Shown here: positions 59,004 to 64,000 of the stretch, in pieces | How the letters are laid out: the number at the start of each line of letters is the position of its first letter | Numbering within the stretch: the first letter of the stretch is position 1 | Assembly (NCBI GenBank): GCA_963808235.1 | Contig: CAWEEQ010000004.1 | Location: 864,001-928,000, forward strand | Direction: 5' to 3' | Origin: an uncultured delta proteobacterium | GTDB taxonomy: Bacteria > Desulfobacterota > Binatia > Binatales > Binataceae | DNA: 64,000 nucleotides | Position numbers and translations under genes: made by a program | The notes under the pieces: generated by a model | What the model was told of the DNA's origin: nothing | Databases searched by the model: none | What the model saw: the letters and a program-made list of their open reading frames with translations, nothing else

Positions 59004-59099
59004 GCCATCATCCTACGCGCCTGTGGTTTGGGTAAGGCTGAACAGTTCATCCCTGAACTTTGGTGGCGATCCGGAAGATTGCTTCGTGCGTCTGCAAGA
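59004..59099. repeat. Right half-element: 77-bp core (copy 2) plus outer inverted-repeat arm
   Basis: See 56565-56658. Confidence 0.9.
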
Positions 59100-59104
59100 G
59101 CTGC

Positions 59105-59860
59105 TTACTTCCCGAGCTTGGAGCACTCCGTCCACGAGCCGTAATGCTCCGGATGCACCCAGTCTCGGCACATCCTCGGCGCGTTCCCATGCAGCACCTT
59201 TTCACAGCTTAGCCCGCTCTTGTATGGAGTCAGGAATCCAGTTTGTTCCGCTTGAGCGGTTGTAGCGGTCGGATCCCGTCGCACGGATACCGCAAGAATG
59301 ATGAAAGCAGGATTGCCATTCTTATCGAGTGACATATCACGAAAATCGAGAGTCAGTTCAAGGTTACGTAGCCGAAAGTGGCGCAGCGCCCCATACTCCG
59401 GGTATCGTCCGCACGCGCCGATCAGGTCACGAAAATTTATGACCCGTCCGCGCGAGAACCAATAGGGTGACTCATCTTCAGAAAGGAGACTGTTCTCTAT
59501 TTCGTGACTGTTACCTTTCGTAAGTCCGCAAGCGAACTGTCCAACATAGTTCGTGTCTTTGGTGCCGCCGAAGATCGAAGGGTTCCCCAGGAATCCGTTA
59601 CTTCCGCCGACGCAAATGAGGCTGTACTGAGTAATACCATGAACGTCGAGCAGCGGCAGGGTAAAGAAAATTCCATTGGCCGAGGTGTCGATTCCGACCT
59701 TCGCGGTAAACTCCGCGATGATCGGCCATTGTTGTTCCGCGCAATGGCCGAGACTTGGCTTGCAGAAGGCAAATATCAGTAAGAAGACGACGATAACTCT
59801 GGACCTCATTTCGGTCCGAACCTCATATGCCGGAAACTCCATAAGTACTCTGTTCGACAT
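59105..59860 (-). CDS. Exported Cys-containing protein, putative immunity protein of the main RHS
   Basis: Starts immediately after the RHS stop (TAAATG; alternative start 59809 with signal peptide MRSRVIVVFLLIFAFC); several Cys; lower GC. Confidence 0.7.
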   Translation of the reverse strand: MSNRVLMEFPAYEVRTEMRSRVIVVFLLIFAFCKPSLGHCAEQQWPIIAEFTAKVGIDTSANGIFFTLPLLDVHGITQYSLICVGGSNGFLGNPSIFGGTKDTNYVGQFACGLTKGNSHEIENSLLSEDESPYWFSRGRVINFRDLIGACGRYPEYGALRHFRLRNLELTLDFRDMSLDKNGNPAFIILAVSVRRDPTATTAQAEQTGFLTPYKSGLSCEKVLHGNAPRMCRDWVHPEHYGSWTECSKLGK

Positions 59861-62800
59861 TTACATGGTGCCCTGTGGACATCCGAGACCGGCTGGAACA
59901 TGGATCGTAACAAGAGCATTTGCACCTTGATCCGCAGCGCCAGGTATTTCAATTATCAGTTGTCCTGGAAACCGCTGCTGGAGAAGTGCGCGCGCGCCGG
60001 CTGGCCCCACCACGTCGGTCACGCTAGAAAACGAGGCATTGCCGATAGTGCCAGAGATTTGTGCCGCGGAAGGGGCGAGGGCGGCGCCATTCGCAACTCC
60101 GAACTGCTGTGGAATTACCGCGGCTGTACCAGCCTGAACCGTCTGGCCGGGGATGCCACCGGGTCTACCCACGAGGCGCATGTTGCCTGCGAGACCGCGC
60201 CCCACACCCGTGCATGTTGGGTCGGAGGTCGCCGGCAAGGGACTTTCGGTCGGGGCTTCGCTGATTCCATTAAGTGTGGTTAGCACCGGGCCTGGCATTT
60301 GCTTTTCCTTGCGCGTGGGCGTCTGCTGGTCGCTCCCGCCAAAGAGATCGAGGCCAAATATCTCTTCGAGAATCGAAGCGATTATTGAAACCGGAATTCC
60401 GACAGGGGGAACAGCGATATCCAAGCCGGATAGTGCTACCAGTTGAGTCGCTAAAAATTGTGCCGCCAAACCTGCGGCGAGCGAAGAAGCATCTCGTACA
60501 GCGGTATTAGCTGCGTATTGACCGACTTGCTCTCCGAAACTTGGCCCGCCATTGCCTCCGCTCGATCCTCCGCCACCCCCGGAGCCTCCTCCGCCACCGC
60601 CGCCACCGCCCGCACCAGTAGTGCTGGTGGGACCAATTTCCGACAAGGGTCGTACTAGCCGGGGGCTGTAATACACGCTCATTGTGTAATAGAGCCCGGT
60701 CGGATCCATCTCCATTGCGCCAAACTCATACGGGTCGGGTATCGATGCGCCGCTGACTGTCGGAGTTCCGTTCGGGTCATAGGTGAACGAGTTCGCGACG
60801 CTCCCAGTCGAAGCGACATGGGCGATCGTCGAGCCGCTCAGATCATGCAACGGTACCCAAATTGAGGTTGTCCCGGAAACTGTATTCGCGAACGCAACGA
60901 CTTCGCCCAATCCCGGAATCACCAGAATGTCATTGGTCGAGACTCCAGCCGTGGAATGCACGACCATCGAGCCGTCGTGAAGATACGCTGTGGAAGTACC
61001 TGCCGACACCGCGATCCGGCGACGGCTGAGCGCGTCGTAGGTCGGAGTCAATCCGGGAGAGATTGTCCCCACGCTCGAAAGCTGGTTGCGCGAGTCCCAC
61101 GAATAGGTTGCCAAGGTTGCCGGATCAGAAGTCAGATTGCTGGCGGCGTCGTGCGTTGCCGATGCGTTGTTGAAAAGCTTGATCTGGTTGGTGTTGGTGT
61201 AGGTCGCGGTAATCAACGGGGGAAGATTGACACGTGCGAACGTGCCGCCCTCGCCCACGACGCGGCCGTCAGTATCGTAGCTATAGGTCAGGTTGCCTAG
61301 CATCGTGCCGGTGACACCCGAACAGGTCGGACCGCTTAGCGCCGTGCTGCTGTCTCCGTAGTACAATGCGCACGGGCGTGACGCGGCATCGTAAGCATAA
61401 GCCGTCATGACTCCATTCGCCGCCACGCCGGTGGTGGTCAAGCTCGCGCGGCGACCGTCGCCGTCGTAAGCCAAAGCTGCGGCTACGCTAGGATTCGAAA
61501 CCGTTTTGAGTTGATCGTCGTTGAAATAGGTGTAGTTGGCCTGAGCCTGGGTTCCGGCCTGCATCGTCGTGCGTCGGCCGTTGGTGTCGTAGTTGTAGGT
61601 GACGGTGCCCTCCGGAGTCGTTTCTGTCAGGATATTGTCCATGCCATCGTAGGTATAAGTGAGCTCCGGGTTATTGACATTATATGCAGAGTCGGTAATC
61701 GAGATGATATTATCGAACGCATCGTGAGTATAATTCAAGGTCCGGGTATCGATGCCACTGACGTTGTTCGTATTGAAAACGATCTTATAGATCCGCCCGA
61801 ATGCGCCATAGGTATAGTTATCGACAACTCCTCTCTTGTCTGTGAACTGGCTTCGCCGCCCCATCACGTCCTGGTTTTCGACTGTGCACTTGCTGTTGGC
61901 ATCACAGCTCGTGATCACGTCCAGCGTCCCGTTCCGTGTGATCGTTGACACGTTGCCGTTAGCGTCCGTGATCTGCTTAACATTGCCGGTCAAATCATAG
62001 AGATAGCTGGTAGAATTGTTGTCCCCGTCAACCTGCGTCGTGACCTCGCTCAACGCATTGTACGCATACGTTGTAGTTTCCCGCAGCGGCGATGTGGCAG
62101 TAATCACCCGTCCTACGTTATCGGTCACATATGTGGTCTCGTTGCCCAATGAATCGGTCACTGAGGCCAAGTCGCCGTTGGAATTGTAACTGTAAGACGT
62201 CGGTGGGTTGCCGAGCGGATCGGTGACGCTCTTAGTCTGTCCGTTCTGAAAAAAGACTATAGTCGTTGTCCTACCTAGCGGGTCCGTAAACGTCTCGTTC
62301 GGAATTGAGTCGCTATAGACATACGTGGTTGCAGGAGTCAACGGTTCCTTAACGCTCGCGATCCGGTCGAAAGTCGGCTCATAGGTGTAGGTCGTCGTGG
62401 CGGACGGATTACTCGTTCCAGGCCCTGGCGTATGCGTGACGGTAAGCAGATCGCCGGTGGTTGGATCGTAGGTGTAGCTCGAAGTCCTGGCGTTCGCTCC
62501 ATTCTGGTCGGTCTGTACGAGTGATTGAATAAATTCACACTCGCCGGTCTCCTGAGTCCCGCAAGTCCCACGAGTGATGGTGGTGGGTTCATTGTTGGTT
62601 AACGCCGGATTCCGGTTGTCTTTGATCAAGTATCCGTTCTGATCGAAATTGAAATTCCGGGTGAAAGTATCCGGCAAGACGACGTGACATTGCTGGATAA
62701 ACGTATTTGTGGGATCGAGCGCGTAAGTGTACTGATAGCCGCCGGCCGGAACGGTGGTACTGATCCCATTGAACCGGTTTTTTGCATCGTAAGTTATGAA

Positions 62801-63745
62801 CGTCGAATACTGCGAGGGGCCTCCGCTCGTTTGGTTGTGAGTGTTCTGAATAATCGTGGTAAGGTCGCCCTGCCCTGCATTTGCGGTCTGCTGATATTGG
62901 TAGGTAGTTGTCGCATTGGTGTCGTAGCTTACTTGCGTCACCGAGGTGAGTGCCGCAGAAGTGCCGTCGTAAGTGTAGTCAACCTCTCTGGTGCCGCCAC
63001 TGTCTTTGATCGAACTCGGGTTTTTCGGGTGGTTACACTGCGTGCCGTAAGTGAAAGTCACGTACCGTCCCGAAGATGAACTGACCTGGGTGATTACGGG
63101 TGTGACGGGGCTGCACGAATTGACTGCCCGGGTGATGGTTATCGCGTTGCCGTACCGATCGGTGATGCTCTGCAGCGCGGCACCAGAAGGGAAAAAATAG
63201 ACGGTTCCGTCCTTGCGCTTCAGATCCCAGCCCGGGGTGCTCGAGTTGTAAGTGATGACCGAGTTGAACCAGGCTCCAGTTGGTTGCGAATTGCAGGTAA
63301 GGCTGGCGGTCGTGTAGGAACTGCAATTCGCACCCGCGGTACACTGGCAAGTTATCTGCCCGCCATCCGGCATGACCACGCTGGCGTTCGCATACGGGTT
63401 AGCCTGGTTGTTAACCTCGGCGCTCGAGTAGAGGTAAATGTCATAGTTCAGACTGGTGCCCAGACCAAAGGCGCGATTGTACCAAGTGCCGTTACCGTTC
63501 TGATCGCGTGACCGATACACGCGCGTAATGTTGATCGGCATCGAGCCGGCGACTGAGAGATCGGTTTTGGTATAGGTGAAGAGGCCGCTGGAAAGTGCCG
63601 TGAAACTCTCGCCGGGAGCCGGACCTTTATTCGGCGGAGTCCCTCCGGTAAGCACGTAAGCTTGCGCGATCTGGCTGGAAGCCAGAAGCGCGAGCACCGC
63701 AATAATGAGGACCGTAGCCGCCTTGAAACAGGATTGAGTCTTCAT
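59861..63745 (-). CDS. RHS/YD-repeat protein with Sec signal peptide and variant C-terminal tip
   Basis: Signal peptide (...IAQA), DUF6531-like 'TDLSV.G.MPI.ITRVYRS...FG.G', many YD/RHS repeats, degenerate core, Gly linker, tip; RBS GAGG. Confidence 0.92.
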   Translation of the reverse strand: MKTQSCFKAATVLIIAVLALLASSQIAQAYVLTGGTPPNKGPAPGESFTALSSGLFTYTKTDLSVAGSMPINITRVYRSRDQNGNGTWYNRAFGLGTSLNYDIYLYSSAEVNNQANPYANASVVMPDGGQITCQCTAGANCSSYTTASLTCNSQPTGAWFNSVITYNSSTPGWDLKRKDGTVYFFPSGAALQSITDRYGNAITITRAVNSCSPVTPVITQVSSSSGRYVTFTYGTQCNHPKNPSSIKDSGGTREVDYTYDGTSAALTSVTQVSYDTNATTTYQYQQTANAGQGDLTTIIQNTHNQTSGGPSQYSTFITYDAKNRFNGISTTVPAGGYQYTYALDPTNTFIQQCHVVLPDTFTRNFNFDQNGYLIKDNRNPALTNNEPTTITRGTCGTQETGECEFIQSLVQTDQNGANARTSSYTYDPTTGDLLTVTHTPGPGTSNPSATTTYTYEPTFDRIASVKEPLTPATTYVYSDSIPNETFTDPLGRTTTIVFFQNGQTKSVTDPLGNPPTSYSYNSNGDLASVTDSLGNETTYVTDNVGRVITATSPLRETTTYAYNALSEVTTQVDGDNNSTSYLYDLTGNVKQITDANGNVSTITRNGTLDVITSCDANSKCTVENQDVMGRRSQFTDKRGVVDNYTYGAFGRIYKIVFNTNNVSGIDTRTLNYTHDAFDNIISITDSAYNVNNPELTYTYDGMDNILTETTPEGTVTYNYDTNGRRTTMQAGTQAQANYTYFNDDQLKTVSNPSVAAALAYDGDGRRASLTTTGVAANGVMTAYAYDAASRPCALYYGDSSTALSGPTCSGVTGTMLGNLTYSYDTDGRVVGEGGTFARVNLPPLITATYTNTNQIKLFNNASATHDAASNLTSDPATLATYSWDSRNQLSSVGTISPGLTPTYDALSRRRIAVSAGTSTAYLHDGSMVVHSTAGVSTNDILVIPGLGEVVAFANTVSGTTSIWVPLHDLSGSTIAHVASTGSVANSFTYDPNGTPTVSGASIPDPYEFGAMEMDPTGLYYTMSVYYSPRLVRPLSEIGPTSTTGAGGGGGGGGGSGGGGGSSGGNGGPSFGEQVGQYAANTAVRDASSLAAGLAAQFLATQLVALSGLDIAVPPVGIPVSIIASILEEIFGLDLFGGSDQQTPTRKEKQMPGPVLTTLNGISEAPTESPLPATSDPTCTGVGRGLAGNMRLVGRPGGIPGQTVQAGTAAVIPQQFGVANGAALAPSAAQISGTIGNASFSSVTDVVGPAGARALLQQRFPGQLIIEIPGAADQGANALVTIHVPAGLGCPQGTM

Positions 63746-63756
63746 ATGGTCCTCAT

Positions 63757-64000
63757 TTAGTTCTGTGTGAATTGGAAGGGGAGTGAGGCTTCGCCGGTTG
63801 GCGTCGTCAAAGTGTTGAGTCCAGGCGCGGCTCCAGTCGGAACGATGGCCACGATCGTGGTCTGCGTCGAGGAGATAATCGTGGCGTTCACTTGTCCATT
63901 GTGGCCATTGTTGAAAGCCACGGTGTTCTGCGCGGGACTCGTGCCAAAGCCGTCTCCAGAAATCAAAAATTGAGTACCGACCGGGCCATTGTTCGGTGAC
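63757..64000 (-). CDS. 3' end of an IPT/TIG-domain protein (partial)
   Basis: 'SPNNGPVGTQFLISGDGFG..PAQNTVAFN....ATI.SST.TTIVAIVP.GA' IPT/TIG pattern; frame runs off the window. Confidence 0.8.
   Translation of the reverse strand, partial: SPNNGPVGTQFLISGDGFGTSPAQNTVAFNNGHNGQVNATIISSTQTTIVAIVPTGAAPGLNTLTTPTGEASLPFQFTQN

Noticed and set aside
56582-59080. 77-bp repeats as CRISPR repeats, DGR TR/VR pair or canonical attC
   Set aside because: Only two copies 2.4 kb apart; no A-specific mismatches or reverse transcriptase; no RYYYAAC/GTTRRRY ends

Overview
GC-rich bacterial chromosome segment. Gene content and style suggest a soil lineage such as Candidatus Binatota (inference only). From left to right it holds: (1) two tandem paralogous secreted beta-propeller + Ig proteins with long Thr/Ala stalks, the second broken by three 1-bp deletions; (2) housekeeping-type genes: LLM/F420 oxidoreductase, OmpA-family lipoprotein, patatin, tRNA-Leu(TAG), VOC and DsbA-like; (3) an uncharacterised three-gene operon encoding an SCP2-like protein, a ferritin-like diiron protein with a full ligand set, and a ligand-less paralog; (4) an ABC exporter, NCS2 permease, ROK kinase and tRNA-Ser(TGA); (5) an accessory region after the tRNA: an operon of acyl-ACP-desaturase-like protein, methyltransferase, DUF2306, FAD oxidoreductase, ABC, cytochrome c and YceI, divergent from a membrane histidine kinase and sigma54 activator, followed by a large trehalose/alpha-glucan cluster (glgE, treS-mak, sugar ABC, GH15, treZ, treY, glgX, nucleotidyltransferase, GT4, amylo-alpha-1,6-glucosidase); (6) an RHS polymorphic-toxin locus. 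Six GG-N10-GC sigma54-type promoters sit in front of operons in blocks 3 and 5. In block 6, an orphan toxin/immunity cassette lies between two 77-bp direct repeats that look like the two halves of one split palindromic element. Several single-base indels in short homopolymers point to long-read assembly errors. All product calls come from motif recognition, not database searches.
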